Below, in pieces: positions 1-12,549 of a stretch of 64,000 nucleotides of DNA. Each line of letters begins with the position of its first letter. Positions within the stretch are counted from its first letter, which is position 1. The notes beneath the pieces were generated by a model. That model was not told where the DNA came from, did not search any database, and worked only from the letters and a program-made list of their open reading frames with translations. Location of the stretch: contig NC_043004.1 in NCBI RefSeq assembly GCF_006345805.1, positions 8,556,001-8,620,000 of the forward strand, read 5' to 3'. The translations under genes and the position numbers were made by a program. The stretch comes from Octopus sinensis. Taxonomy: Eukaryota.

Positions 1-88
1 TATGAATGTATGTATGTATGTATGCCAGTGTATATATGTATATATATGTTTGTATGTATGTACGTGTATATGAATATATGTATGTATA

Positions 89-124
<36 letters not shown>

Positions 125-422
125 TGTATGTATGTATGTATGTATGTGTGTGTGTATGTATGTATCTGTATATATATGTATGTATGTGTGTGTATGTATG
201 TATGTATATATATATGTATGCATGCATGTATGCATGTATGTCTGCATGTAAGTATGTAGGTGTATATATATGTATGTATGTTTGTATGTATGTATGTATG
301 TATGTATGTATGTATGTAGGTATGTATGTATGTGTATGTATGTGTATGTATATATGTATGTATATATGTATGTATGTATGCATGTATGTATGTGTATATG
401 TATATATGTATGTATATATGTG

Positions 423-458
<36 letters not shown>

Positions 459-811
459 TGTATGTATGTATGTATGTATGTATGTATGTATGTATGTGTG
501 TGTGTATGTATGTATCTGTATATATATGTATGTATGTGTGTGTATGTATGTATGTATATATATATGTATGTATGCATGTATGTATTATGCATATATGCAT
601 GTATGTCTGCATGTAAGTATGTAGGTGTATATATATGTATGTATGTTTGTATGTATGTATGTATGTATGTAGGTATGTATGTATGTGTATGTATGTGTAT
701 GTATATATGTATGTATGTATATATGTATGTATGTATGCATGTATGTATGTGTATATGTATATATGTATGTATATATGTGTATATATATGTATGTATGTAT
801 GTATATATGTG

Positions 812-845
<34 letters not shown>

Positions 846-1161
846 TGTATGTATGTATATGTATGTATGTATGGTATGTATGTATGTATGTATATATGTA
901 TGTATATATATGTATGTATGTGTATGTATGTGTATGTATATATATATGTATGTATGCATGTATGTATTATGCATATATGCATGTATGTCTGCATGTAAGT
1001 ATGTAGGTGTATATATATGTATGTATGTTTGTATGTATGTATGTATGTATGTAGGTATGTATGTATGTGTATGTATGTGTATGTATATATGTATGTATGT
1101 ATATATGTATGTATGTATGCATGTATGTATGTGTATATGTATATATGTATGTATATATGTG

Positions 1162-1192
<31 letters not shown>

Positions 1193-1288
1193 GTATTTGT
1201 ATGTATGTATGTGTATATATATGTATGTATGTTTGTATGTATGTATGTATGTATGTATGTATGTATGTGTATATATACGTATGTATGA
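1..1288. repeat. Compound (TATG)n/(TA)n/(TG)n microsatellite with a higher-order unit of about 370 bp
   Basis: Landmark TCTGCATGTAAGTATGTAGGTG recurs at 241, 606 and 988 (periods 365 and 382 bp). Confidence 0.95.
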
Positions 1289-1384
1289 ACTTATCTTTCT
1301 CTTTTTTAATTTAAAGTAACTTTTGACCTGCTTCAAAGCAAGGTTGTGAAGGAAAGCCTCTTCTTTTAACCGTCGTCCTTTAAC

Positions 1385-1580
1385 TCATAAGAAGGTTTTT
1401 GCAGACTTTTATACTTCTAAATTTCATGATCATTTATGGTGTATGAATTAAAGATTTATGTTCTCTCCCCAAGATCTCAAGTTAGCCATGTTGTTGCTCC
1501 AATAATAATGAGTATGAAGCTGAAAGCTTTGCCCGAGGCGTGGTAACGATTCGGTCAGCTGGTCACCATAACGCAAGTGT
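1385..1580 (-). mobile_element. Degraded 3' end of an R4-like (RLE-type) non-LTR retrotransposon
   Basis: Broken minus-strand frames give YG.., FSFILIIGAT and KVCKNLL, resembling the C-terminal fragments at 7762-8033 and 47262-47385. Confidence 0.45.
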
Positions 1581-1867
1581 ATATAATATTCAATATGTAT
1601 GCAACCCAGCGTGCTTTGTTTATATATTATTCCGTGTATACTACGTCGCATTATTTTTACTTTGCCTATATATTTATAATTGTGAGTTCACGCATGCGTG
1701 TACAGTATGTGTGTGAGTGTGAATACATTATAACATTGGTGAGACGGGGGGAAAAGCATGTCTACTTCTACCAAGATTTGTTTTGCATATAATCTTACTT
1801 AAATAGCCACAAGATTTCTCATTCGTCTTTGATTACCGTCGAATGACGATAAGCGTTGTCTGTGCAG

Positions 1868-1956
1868 TCAGGACGAAGCCTTTGGTTCATTTCGGTGAAA
1901 GACCGAAGTCAAGTAAGCGAGAAAGATAAACAGGATCCATGCAACGAAAGCATAAA
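1868..1956 (-). CDS. Candidate terminal coding exon of an unidentified membrane protein: (L)YAFVAWILFIFLAYLTSVFHRNEPKASS*
   Basis: Acceptor TCCTTTCAACAG (AG at 1958-1957). The phase-1 frame encodes a roughly 19-aa hydrophobic helix and a short polar tail, ending in TGA at 1870-1868. The phase matches exon 3441-3537. Confidence 0.55.
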
Positions 1957-2399
1957 CTGTTGAAAGGATTTTCGGCTATTAGGGCGATGAGCACAAACAT
2001 GTACATACATACATACATACATACATACATACATACATACATACATACATACATACACACACATATACATACATACGTACATACATACATACATACATAC
2101 ATACATACATACATACATACATACATACAACATACATGCATACGTATATGTACATATATTTAGTATTAACTATCGGTTAAAAAGACTACTCATTACCATG
2201 GCAGAGACTAATCGTAATTAAAATCAAGTTATGACTTGTCTGAAGATCCTGTGCACCTACAGATATACTATATTGTGATATTAAGAATCTTGTAAGTTTT
2301 CGGTGTTGGGGGAAAACTCCCTTGGAAATGGTAGTACCACCAATAACAAAATACAGTTGATGGAGAGGATATATCATTCATATACCGAACATAAACGAG

Positions 2400-2620
2400 C
2401 CAACACCGGTTGTTAAGCGGTGTTGGTGTACAAAAAGACAAATACATCGACGTATATAGGACGGGCTTCCACACAGTTTCCTTCTACCAAATTCACTCAT
2501 AAGGCATTTGTCGGCCCTAATCTATAGTAGAAGGGGTTTGCTTAAGTGGGACTGTATCCAAAATCACATGACTGCAAAGAGAACTTCTTACACAGTTTCA
2601 TATATTTCAAGTCTGTTTTA
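2400..2620 (-). mobile_element. Degraded tRNA-derived SINE fragment (family B)
   Basis: Reverse-complement similarity to the intact copy at 12550-12970 (for example CTACCAAATTCACTCATAAGGCATT). Confidence 0.7.
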
Positions 2621-3440
2621 ATCATTGAACACGTGCTACATAATAGCAGAATAGCTGAAGTTTTATATTCAGTCATTCTGCGCCTCTATGTGACACTCTG
2701 TGTCAGGGCACAATGTGCTAGAATCTGGGAGTGAGGTGACAGAAATTATGGTACCCCGTAGTTTCTATACCTTTTAGTTCCGAGTTTATTCATTTAGCGA
2801 TTTACTGCAAATGATTTCACTATTGGTTTGGGTTTTTGAATCGATCCTAGATCGATAAATAAAGACCAGTCATTAAAATCTGCCAGCTGGCTGCAATCTT
2901 TCTCGGTTATATTTGACCGTGTGTAAATGCTATTGGTCATTATATCATAGAAAAGGATATGGTCATAGATCATATGATATGGTCATTATATCACAGAGAA
3001 GGATATGATCGCTGAAGGGACCGAAAACTTGAAGTTTAATACACCACTGTAATGTGTCAGTTTTTCTTCTACTTAACGGTCATAACAAATATGTTACGGT
3101 ACTAAAGAATGCATTCTGAGAACTTGGCCATCTGCGTCTCTCGACTGAAGAAGATCTTGAGACAACAATTGTTTCTCACTACACAACATTGTTAAATCAC
3201 TTTTTTTGTGTAAAGCATAACCAACTATAATGAAGAGGAATATAAATTAGTTTATTATATTCTGCTGTCAACAGACTTTGTTGGTCAAAGCCATTTGATC
3301 ATTGTTTAAGAGAACATGAAAAAGATAAAAAAAAAACAATAAATAATCAACATGATATTCCTTTTTCTCTTATTATTTTTGCTATATAATTATTATTGGT
3401 TGATAATTATAATTATTATTGTTGTTGATGTTATTCATAC

Positions 3441-3537
3441 GTTGCTGTTGGAAACGCCATCTAAACCACTCGTCAGGTGCCATCCCAAGAAGTCGTCCCA
3501 TTTTGAATGGCCCTGTTTCGGGTTTAGTTTGATTAAA
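3441..3537 (-). CDS. Candidate internal exon, copy A: FNQTKPETGPFKMGRLLGMAPDEWFRWRFQQQ
   Basis: 97 nt between acceptor CATTAACAG (weak pyrimidine tract) and donor AAC|GTATGA. Phase 0 to 1; it joins in frame to exon 1868-1956. Confidence 0.5.
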
Positions 3538-3975
3538 CTGTTAATGATTGTTACTAAGATGCTGGTAGTTTATTGAACCAGTTAAAAAATAAGAGCTTGC
3601 TGCTGTTGTTGTTGTTGTTGTTATTGTTGTTGTTATTGTGCAGTTCCAAGTTGACCTTGAACGAGATACTCATGATCATAGCGATTCCCACTTGAGACAA
3701 CAATTGTTTCTCACTACACAACACTGTTAAATCACTTTTTTAGTGTAAAGCATAACCAACTATAATGAAGAGGAATATAAATTAGTTTATTATATTCTGC
3801 TGTCAACAGACTTTGTTGGTCAAAGCCATTTGATCATTGTTTAAGAGAACATGAAAAAGATAAAAAAAAAACAATAAATAATCAACATGATATTCTTTTT
3901 TCTCTTATTATTTTTGCTATATAATTATTATTGGTTGATAATTATAATTATTATTGTTGTTGATGTTATTCATAC

Positions 3976-4072
3976 GTTGCTGTTGGGAACGCCATCTAAA
4001 CCACTCGTCAGGTGCCATCCCAAGAAGTCGTCCCATTTTGAATGGCCCTGTTTCGGGTTTAGTTTGATTAAA
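3976..4072 (-). CDS. Candidate internal exon, copy B (duplicate, ...WRSQQQ)
   Basis: Same splice sites as copy A, shifted by 535 bp. One substitution TTC>TCC (Phe>Ser). Confidence 0.42.
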
Positions 4073-4129
4073 CTGTTAATGATTGTTACTAAGATGCTGG
4101 TAGTTTATTGAACCAGTTAAAAAATAAGA

Positions 4130-4335
4130 GCTTGCTGCTGTTATTGTTGTTGTTATTGTGCAGTTCCAAGTTGACCTTGAACGAGATACTCATGATCATA
4201 GCGATTCCAACTGTGGCCACCACTTTTTACAGATTACATTAGAATTACATTACCTCATTCGTTGTCTCTAAACTTAAAAGGAAACGATGTGATTTGAGGG
4301 AGATGTTACTGCTAACTCCAATAGATCAAGCGACT
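4130..4335 (-). repeat. Dispersed repeat family, also at about 8600-8805, 17810-17990 and 52620-52860
   Basis: Shared motif CTCCCTCAAATCAC...AAAAG...GATAATG...TTTGATCA...GGGCTGAC with a (CAA)n tail. Class not determined. Confidence 0.6.
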
Positions 4336-4970
4336 AGGTAGATACTATAATCTTAGAAATGTCCGGATGGGGAAGGAAGAAGTGATAGTCACGGCCAGAA
4401 GGACTTTCACAAAGTTCTACTCCATCAAGTCAAATCTGGGATTAAACAGCAATAATTTTTCGTAGACGCGTGATCTGCAAGAAATAGTAGCTAAATTTTC
4501 GTCAAACCACACTACTGTTTTGTGAAATGGCAATATCGTGATGGATACGCAAAATGGCGGGTGGCAACCGCTGAAATCTCTTTGGTCGTAGCTATGATCG
4601 GTCGTGGTTGGTCTAGTTTAGAGAAAACCACCTCAATAACATTTCTATCTTATCCTTTAAAACGTCTGTCATTTCATTATCTGGTGTCACACGATGGATA
4701 TATATCGTTTTGTCTTCTAGGATCTGCTACGTGATGATAACTGAACATCTTCAAGTGAAGAAGAATGGCTGCATTTTGTCCGTGATGAAATACACATTCA
4801 AGCTGGCCGACTCCTCCAAAGCGACACGTATGTTAAGTCATAATAATTCCCTGTCGAGCAATCTCGTTAAATATTTCGTCGTTACTCACCTACAAACACT
4901 TTTGTTGATAGATGTCACGCGGAAACAGAGACGAATAACAAGACCTTTTTATTATCATAAATATCACACA

Positions 4971-5545
4971 AGGCGGCAAGCTGGTAGAAACGTTAGCACG
5001 CTGGACGAAATGCTTAGTGGTATTTCGTCTGCCGTTACGTTCTGAGTTCTAATTCCGTCGAGGTCGACTTTGCTTTTCATCCTTTCGGGGTCGATAAATT
5101 AAGTACCAGTTACGCACTGGGGTCGATGTAATCGACTTAATCCGTTTGTCTGTCCTTGTTTGTCCCCTTTGTGTTTAGCCCCTTGTGGATAGTAAAGAAA
5201 TAGGTATTTCGTTTGTCTTTACGTTCTGTGTTCAAATTCCGCCGAGGTCGACTTTGCCTTTCATCCTTTTGGGGTCGATTAAATAAGTACCAGTTACGCA
5301 CTGGGGTCGATATAATCAACTTAATCCATTTGTCTGTCCGTGTTTGTCTTATCTGTGTTTAGCCCCTTGTGGGTAGTAAAGAAATAGGTATTTCGCCCGT
5401 CGGTACGTTCTGGGTTCAAATTCTACCGACGTCGACTTTGCCTTTCATCCCTTCGGGGTCGATAAATTAAGTACCAGTTAAATACTTGGGGCCGATGTAA
5501 TCGACTTACCCCCACCTCACCCAGGCTACCCTTGTGGAAAAAATT
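4971..5545 (+). mobile_element. tRNA-derived SINE, family A, with three 184-bp modules
   Basis: Head AGGCGGCAAGCTGGTAGAAACGTTAG; B-box-like GTTC(A/T)AATTC at about 5044, 5228 and 5412. Confidence 0.9.
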
Positions 5546-5964
5546 TGAAATCGTTACGCGTCACCGAATGCTGAGTTTTTTTTCACTAGACCGTACCACA
5601 TTGCTGAAAATAACGTCTCTTAATTTCTGCCCCTACTGTTAAGTACAGTCAAGACTCGTTGCGTTAAAAATAGATGCTTTACTTTTATTTATTTTCTTGT
5701 TTGTTTTTTTCTGTTAGTATATAAAGACACTGAGAAAAACGCCCAGAAAATATGAAATAGGAAAACAAACAACTTTTGTTGATAGCAAAACAAATGCGAC
5801 ATAATTGCAGTAAAATTTTAAATGATTTCTATGTTTATATATTAGTATATATATATATATATTATATAATATATATATATATATATTATTATTATTATTA
5901 TTATTATTATAAACAATTTCAGTTGCTTAGTTCATCTCCCTTTACAATACTTGCTTAGATTTAG

Positions 5965-6225
5965 GTCTTGAGCCTCAGGACTCATAAGGTCAGATCTTGA
6001 CCCGTTTTCTATGGTGTGCAACTGACAAAGATTACAACATACCCACTGAACGGGACGCCGGCCCCTCGCCAGGTTAAGTACTCAGTTTTTGTCAGAATTA
6101 TTGTGGACTGAAGCAACTTGAAATGAAGTGTTTTGCCCAAGAGCACAGCACACTACCCGATCCAAGAATTGAACCCACGATCTCGCGATCGTGAATATAA
6201 CACCTTCACCATTAGGCCACGCGAT
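5965..6225 (-). mobile_element. tRNA-derived SINE, family C
   Basis: Minus-strand head GCGTGGCCTAATGGTGAAGG...GGGTTCAATTCTT; homologous to 9890-10112, 31103-31370 and 49720-49949. Confidence 0.75.
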
Positions 6226-7761
6226 TTCATCGTTTTTTTCTTCTTTTTTTTGTTACCATTAAGCAGTTGTTGTACATCCGTATAGAAGTGTTAAGTGGCG
6301 TTTATTGTTGTAAGTAAATAGCAAAGAAGCTTGGAAGTTTGTGGAAGTGGGAAGAGGAGTAAGATGTCTGTTAGTAATAGTGCTTTGAACTCTTGGCTAC
6401 ACACTTGATGTAATTTGAAGGGGTGAAGTAAAGGAATAATAGCAATCGCTACCTTTAGCGCATGGCAGCAGAGTGAGTGAGGCCTGTCTATTGTGATAAA
6501 ATGAAAAGAAACACGTACACAAACTCATACACATAATCTCTCACACATAAGACACAGCTTTTACAAGGAATCTAGGATAATCTTTGATAAAACTGAATAG
6601 GTTTTGATAGGTATTTGCTAATGAGTGAGAAGCAGTGGGAAGAATTAAATAGAAAGTTGTTGAGGGTGAGAAAGAAGAGGAAAGAGAAGAAAGAGAGAGA
6701 GAGAGGAAGGTCTGAGAGTAACAAATGAAGAGGTTCGAGGTGCGTGCTTGTGTGTGTGTGAGTGTGTGTGTGGGCGTGCATTTGGAATGTAGAGGGAAAC
6801 AACAAAGTATTCGGTACCCGTTGAGTAATTTCTTCCTTTACTATAAGCTGAGGCCCCACACCTCGTCACTACTTTGAGTTGTCTTTACCTTAATCGTTCT
6901 TAGCACTTGACAGAGAAAGCGCGATAGAAAGAATGTAGGGAGGAAAAGTGGAAGAGAGAGAGGGAAAGATAGAGAGGGAAAGATAGAGAGAGAAAAAGGA
7001 GGAGGGAGAGAAGAGAAAGAGAGAGAAGATAGAAAGAGAAAGAAGAGAGAGAGAAAGAAAACCACTCTATATGGTGTCTAGACCTGCTAGAAAATACAAC
7101 CAGGTCTTTCTCCCTCCCCCCCTTTTCCAGTCTCTCAAATTACATTCTACCATTAAGAAACTTTAATTTCCTATTTGGCTACATTCTTCCAGGCTTTGTG
7201 AAGCCCAGCTTCTCAAGATTGGTGCCAAGATAATTCGTCCCATATCCGAGTTCCCTAATAATTTCAGATGTAAATCTAAAGTTTTATTCTGAATGGAGTG
7301 CCTGAAGGTTTCTCATTACAGTAACTCTATTGAACACCTCATTTCAACTGCTGCTTCTTTTCTCTGTCGCACATCATTTATGTCTGACCTGTTTTGTGTC
7401 ACTGAGCCTTTAACAGGAGCTTCCTACCAATATATGTGTACGTATATGTCCGTGGATTTCTCTTTGAGTTTCATTTACGTTCTTCTTAACGAGAATTCAA
7501 GTCGGTCACTAACAAAACGACAAGATTTTTGGAATTAAGAGAGTTCCCGGTGTTTGTAAATATGAGGTTGAGTCGGTGTGCTGCCTGAACTGTCTGTCGA
7601 TGCACTCACCCAAGTATGTGCATCTATTTACCCTAAAGAATCTCAGATGGAAAATCTTTGAAATGTCTTACAAATCTTCACTGTGCCACTTATACATTGT
7701 ATTTGGAGAATCTGTGTCAGTTTTTGCGCTTTCTTCGAGAAATTTAGAATGATCTTTTGTG

Positions 7762-8033
7762 GCAATCATCCTCCCTCTGAACATCAATGTGGCCAAAAAG
7801 ACAGAAGACATTTATGGACCATTGATAAGGAATTTGCGAATCCAGCACCCAAATGAAAATTTGAGTTTCTACCTATCATTGTTGGAGCAACAGGATACAT
7901 ACCGCCCCGTCTGGAGCAAATTATGGCCGAATTTGTGATGTCGGTGAGAAAATGCAAATCTTTAATTCATACGCTACTAATGATCACAATAGCTGGGTCT
8001 ATAAAGGCCTGGAAGACCATCATAAGATTTTAA
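7762..8033 (+). mobile_element. 3' end of an R4-like (RLE) non-LTR retrotransposon
   Basis: Reads AIILPLNINVAKKTEDIYGPLIRNLRIQHP, a frameshift, then KFEFLPIIVGATGYIPPRL...IAGSIKAWKTIIRF*, followed by a (TGA)n tail. This fits the C-terminus of an RLE domain. Confidence 0.75.
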
Positions 8034-9889
8034 TGATGATGAACAAAACATGATGTTTTCGTTCACAACCTTTCCCAACCAAGAAGGTGGTCGGTCAAGA
8101 TTGACTCTAAATTAAAAAGAGAAAAACAACATACATACAAACATGCATACATACATCCATGCATACATACATTCATGCATACATACATGCATACATACAT
8201 GCATAGGTACACACACATACATACATGCATACAAATATGCATGTATATATACGCATATACATCTATAAAAATGTACATATATACTTCATCTAACTTTCAT
8301 CTAAATTCCTATGAAAGTTTAGTTTCTGGGTTAAAAACCAGCTCTTTCTCTATCAATGAAAATTGTTTAGAAATGAAACCATACATGACTGCATACGTGG
8401 ATACATGTATGCAGTCATACTTGTAAACAGACATATATTCATATCTACGTCGAAACCGACAGAGCCATCTGGAATTAAAGGGTAAAAAGAACGGCCTGTA
8501 GCGTTTATGTAAATAAGCTGCGAAACAGATGTTGAGGCGGGAAAATGTGTGATAAATGATGAACAGTTGCTCCAGAACCAACTGTTGCTTTCACTCGAGT
8601 TTAGGGTGACATTTGTGACTGTAGCTTAAACTTACCCTGGATTCTCAAATTATACTCTGTCGTTGTTTTTTAAAGGACTACATGTTAGATAATGTACTTC
8701 TAGACACACTATACCTAATAAAAAAAATGACGTGCTGTCAAAGCTAGACTGCCTTTGATCACAGATCTGCGCAATTAGGGCTGACTTAGGGTTAAACAAC
8801 CAGAGCAATTAAGTTTATCTTTAAGGGCTGCCAAATAGTTGCTTCTTTCTCTTGAAACGCTGGGTATTTCAGGCATACATGCAACAAGAGTATATTTCTA
8901 AAACTTCAGTATGCGGCTGTAAAGTATTATAACAGTTCTCACAGGACACTCTCGCCAGCTGCTAAGAATATCCAAGGTTCATTTAAAACCAACAACGGAA
9001 TATTGTTTTCACAACTGAGGTGTTTCTGGCACATATGGAATCGCCAGTGATCACCTTGAAATAATCCTTTTAGTGATTTGTAAAGACTCACTCACAAACA
9101 CAGTACAACGGCTGTCCACTCCACGATGTTGAGCAGTTTTCCCTTTCTGGGCGAAGGCATGACTGTGTGGTTAAGAGGTTTGTTTCGCAACTACGTGCTT
9201 TCGAGTTCAATCCTATGGTGAATCCTCTTCGGAAGATATCTTCTTCCATAGCTTCGGGTCAACAGAAAGCGTCTGAAGGCCAGCCAGTTGGTGGTGGGAC
9301 TGTTGTTGCTCTTGGATGCTAGATTTAAATCATCGCCCATTTTAACACAATTATATATAAAACTATTTAACACAAATGTATTTATACCTGACGGGATGAA
9401 CTCTACCCAAGTTGCTCGGATGTAAATCAGTAAAGCAGCCAGAATCGCAGTATGTACCTCAGAAAATCATTCCAAATATTCTGCTACAATCCGCTACTAC
9501 CATCTCAATGGAATTAGAACGCTTTTGTTCCGAAGGACGTATGAAAACTAAGAATGAAATATAATTTTTCTTTTATAAATTGTAATGTTTAATATTAAAC
9601 AGTGTCAGAGAAAATATTGAATTAATGCAACTGGAGAAACGACAGACGTGGTATGCACTTTGATATATTTGCGTTCAAATTCTTTTGTGTGTGTACGGAC
9701 TCTAGCTGTATTTATTGATAGTTCGGTCAGTGCTCGTTTCTTTTTGCTCTCTCTCTCTCTCTCTCTCTCACACACACCACACACACACACACACAACACA
9801 CACACACACCACACACACACACACATACACACACGCGCACCTTTCTGACTGACCCACTTGTTGGTAATTATGTATAAAAACTGGATGAA

Positions 9890-10112
9890 TCTCCTTCTCG
9901 AATTCCATAGACTCGTAAGGTCGGCATCTCGGATTCTATATCCTATACATTTCTCTTCTCTGCACCGGACAACGGTCAATCGCCAGATTATTCATTTTTG
10001 CCAGCTGAGTGGACTGGAGCAATGTGAAACAAAACGCACCGCCCGGACCAGGAATCGAAACCACAATCTTACGTTCATGAGTCTAACATCTTAACCACTA
10101 AGCAATGCGCCT
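9890..10112 (-). mobile_element. tRNA-derived SINE, family C
   Basis: Minus-strand head AGGCGCATTGCTTAGTGGTTAAG...GGTTTCGATTCC. Confidence 0.8.
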
Positions 10113-10130
10113 CCACTACACTATGTATAT

Positions 10131-10530
10131 TCTTTTCTATTCTAGGCACAAGGCCCGAAATTTTGGGTGATGGGGGCCAGCGGATTAGATCAACCCCTGT
10201 ACGCAACTAGTGCTTAATTTATCGGCTCTGAAAGGATAAAAGGCAAAGTCGATCTCGGCGGAATTTGAACTCAGAACGTAAAGACAGACGAAATACCTAT
10301 TTCTTTACTACCCACAAGGGGCTAAACACAGAGGGGACAAACAAGGACAGACAAACGGATTAAGTCGATTATATCGACCCCAGTGCGTAACTGGTACTTA
10401 ATTTATCGACCGCAAAAGAATGAAAGGCAAAGTCGACCTCGGCGGAATTGGAACTCAGAACGTAACGGCAGACGAAATACCGCTAAGCATTCCCCCCAGC
10501 ATGCTAACGATTCTGCCAGCTCGCCGCCTA
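10131..10530 (-). mobile_element. tRNA-derived SINE, family A, with two modules
   Basis: GAACTCAG landmark at about 10267 and 10451 (184-bp period); head ends at 10530. Confidence 0.9.
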
Positions 10531-10700
10531 ACATTATGTATATATCAATGCAATTATTTTCAGATTCCTTCTCCGTAACAAATGGACGACGTCCAAAACT
10601 GCGATTGCCAACACAATTTACGTCGTTAATATCGGCTAAAGAGAAACATTCCTCAGACTCTATACGCATATATGTATGTATATATATACATATATATATA

Positions 10701-10850
10701 CTTTATTTAAAGCAGCAGAAAATTCAACAAAACCTGTTACTCTGAGTTTACAGGTGCCGTTATCGGACAGTTTTTGCAAAAACTGTCCGATGAACGGCAA
10801 CGTGAAACTCAGAGTACAGGTTGTGTTGAATTCTGCTGCTTTAAATAAAG
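10701..10850. repeat. 150-bp near-perfect palindrome (fold-back MITE-like)
   Basis: CTTTATTTAAAGCAGCAGAA pairs with TTCTGCTGCTTTAAATAAAG. The central 30 bp, ATCGGACAGTTTTTGCAAAAACTGTCCGAT, is a perfect palindrome. Confidence 0.93.
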
Positions 10851-10948
10851 CATTATTACTCTACCACTGGTATTGAGTACTCTTTTTTCCCACCTTGTTT
10901 CATATTATGTGTTTACTCCGGTACATATATATATATAGATATATATAT

Positions 10949-10980
<32 letters not shown>

Positions 10981-11039
10981 GTGTGTGTGTGTGTGTGTGT
11001 GTGGTGTGTTGTGTGTGTGTGTGAGACAACAGTTCATGT

Positions 11040-11250
11040 GTGTGCGTGTCTGTGTCTGTGTGTGTGTGTGTGTATGTGTCCCTTCACCATCGCTTGACAA
11101 CCGATGCTGGTGTGTTTACTTCCCCGTAACTTAGTGGTTCGGCACAAGAAACCGATAGAATAAATGCTATGCTTACAAAGAATAAGTCCTGGGGACGATT
11201 TGTTCCAGCATGGCCGCAGTCAACTGACTGAAACAAGTAAAAGAATACTA
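11040..11250 (+). mobile_element. SINE family B, 3' half
   Basis: GCTTGACAACCGATGCTGGTGTGTTTAC...GGCCGCAGTCAACTGACTGAAACAAGTAAAAGA. Confidence 0.85.
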
Positions 11251-11284
11251 GCGTTCATGTATCTCTCTCTCTCTTTCTCTCTCA

Positions 11285-11315
<31 letters not shown>

Positions 11316-11740
11316 CATAAGTATACACACACACACACACAGACACGCACACACATGAACTGTTGTCACACATTGTGTTGTTTGGCAGATAAAGTCTGTG
11401 ACACTTGAGCTGATATGTTTCAATATCTCTACCAACGCCATACTTAAACATGGAAAGATCAAGAACCCCAATTATCTGAACTGATGCATGTAAAACCCGA
11501 ACTTCCCAAACACAAACACAGAATCAAACAAATCATGTAAGGGAGAGAAAAAAGTGATGACATGTGTAATCAACAAAGATTACTTTTACTGTGATTATTC
11601 GATGGTAATTTTCTATTGAAAACAAAGAAAGCATAATATAGGGTGACATGTTAAACATATACGAAAAGAAAACATTACGATTGGGAGTTATTTAGTAGCG
11701 CGAGCACACACAGAATATGTCTCTCTCCCTCTTTCACCAG

Positions 11741-11786
<46 letters not shown>

Positions 11787-12322
11787 TACACAAATACACA
11801 CAATCTCTCTCTCTCTCACACACACATACAAACATACAAACACACACAAACCTTGGGTATTTGTCAGTTTGTCTCTCTTTCTTTTGCTTTCTGTGTTTCT
11901 GTTTTTCTCATTTTCTCTTTCTTCGACTACTCTCTCCAGGGAAGAGAGATTACAGAATACAGTGGCTGTATGACGGAAAGAAATACGGTACATACATGTG
12001 CGTGCGTGTGTGTGTGTGTGGGGGGGTGTTTATTATTTGTGTGCGTATGAGAGAAAAAAAACTTATACTGTCCGATAAGTAGTGATAAGGCTTGAAATCA
12101 TGAGAATATTGGATTGGCTGCTGATGAAGGTAATTCCTGAATTAGCGAAATATCTTAAGTGTGTTTTTCATTCTCTCATTAATGTTTTCGTTAGCGGTCA
12201 TTGTCTTTCTTTGAACTCTTTAAATTGATTTTCTATTGTTCAATGATATTTTTATTAATAATACCAATTGTTATATTTTATTAGGAATTCTATGCTGTTG
12301 TACAGCAGATATGAAGTATTCC

Positions 12323-12399
<77 letters not shown>

Positions 12400-12400
12400 C

Positions 12401-12454
<54 letters not shown>

Positions 12455-12469
12455 CTATCTATCTGTCTG

Positions 12470-12546
<77 letters not shown>

Positions 12547-12549
12547 ATA

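Larger units (their letters stand above)
3156..4210. repeat. Tandem duplication with a 535-bp period (3156-3690 and 3691-4210)
   Basis: About 99% identical copies, differing by 4-5 substitutions and a 15-bp (GTT)n length difference. Identical ORFs appear at 3352 and 3887. Confidence 0.97.

Noticed and set aside
1887-1990. Kinase-like DFG motif in the minus ORF (SRLLDFGLSPK)
   Set aside because: It stops immediately afterwards and no other kinase motifs are present. The alternative frame gives the phase-compatible TM exon.
8385-8418. 12-bp inverted repeat ATGACTGCATAC/GTATGCAGTCAT
   Set aside because: Short and derived from (CATG/CATA)-type low-complexity sequence.
8636-8714. Minus-strand segment with strong acceptor and CAGG|GTAAGT donor
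   Set aside because: All three frames contain stops and it lies in a dispersed repeat.
12118-12160. Further hammerhead-like remnants (also about 33560-33610 minus, 45120-45175 minus, 51164-51192 plus and 51490 minus)
   Set aside because: The core or stems I/III are too degenerate. They are treated as decayed PLE ends, not ribozymes.
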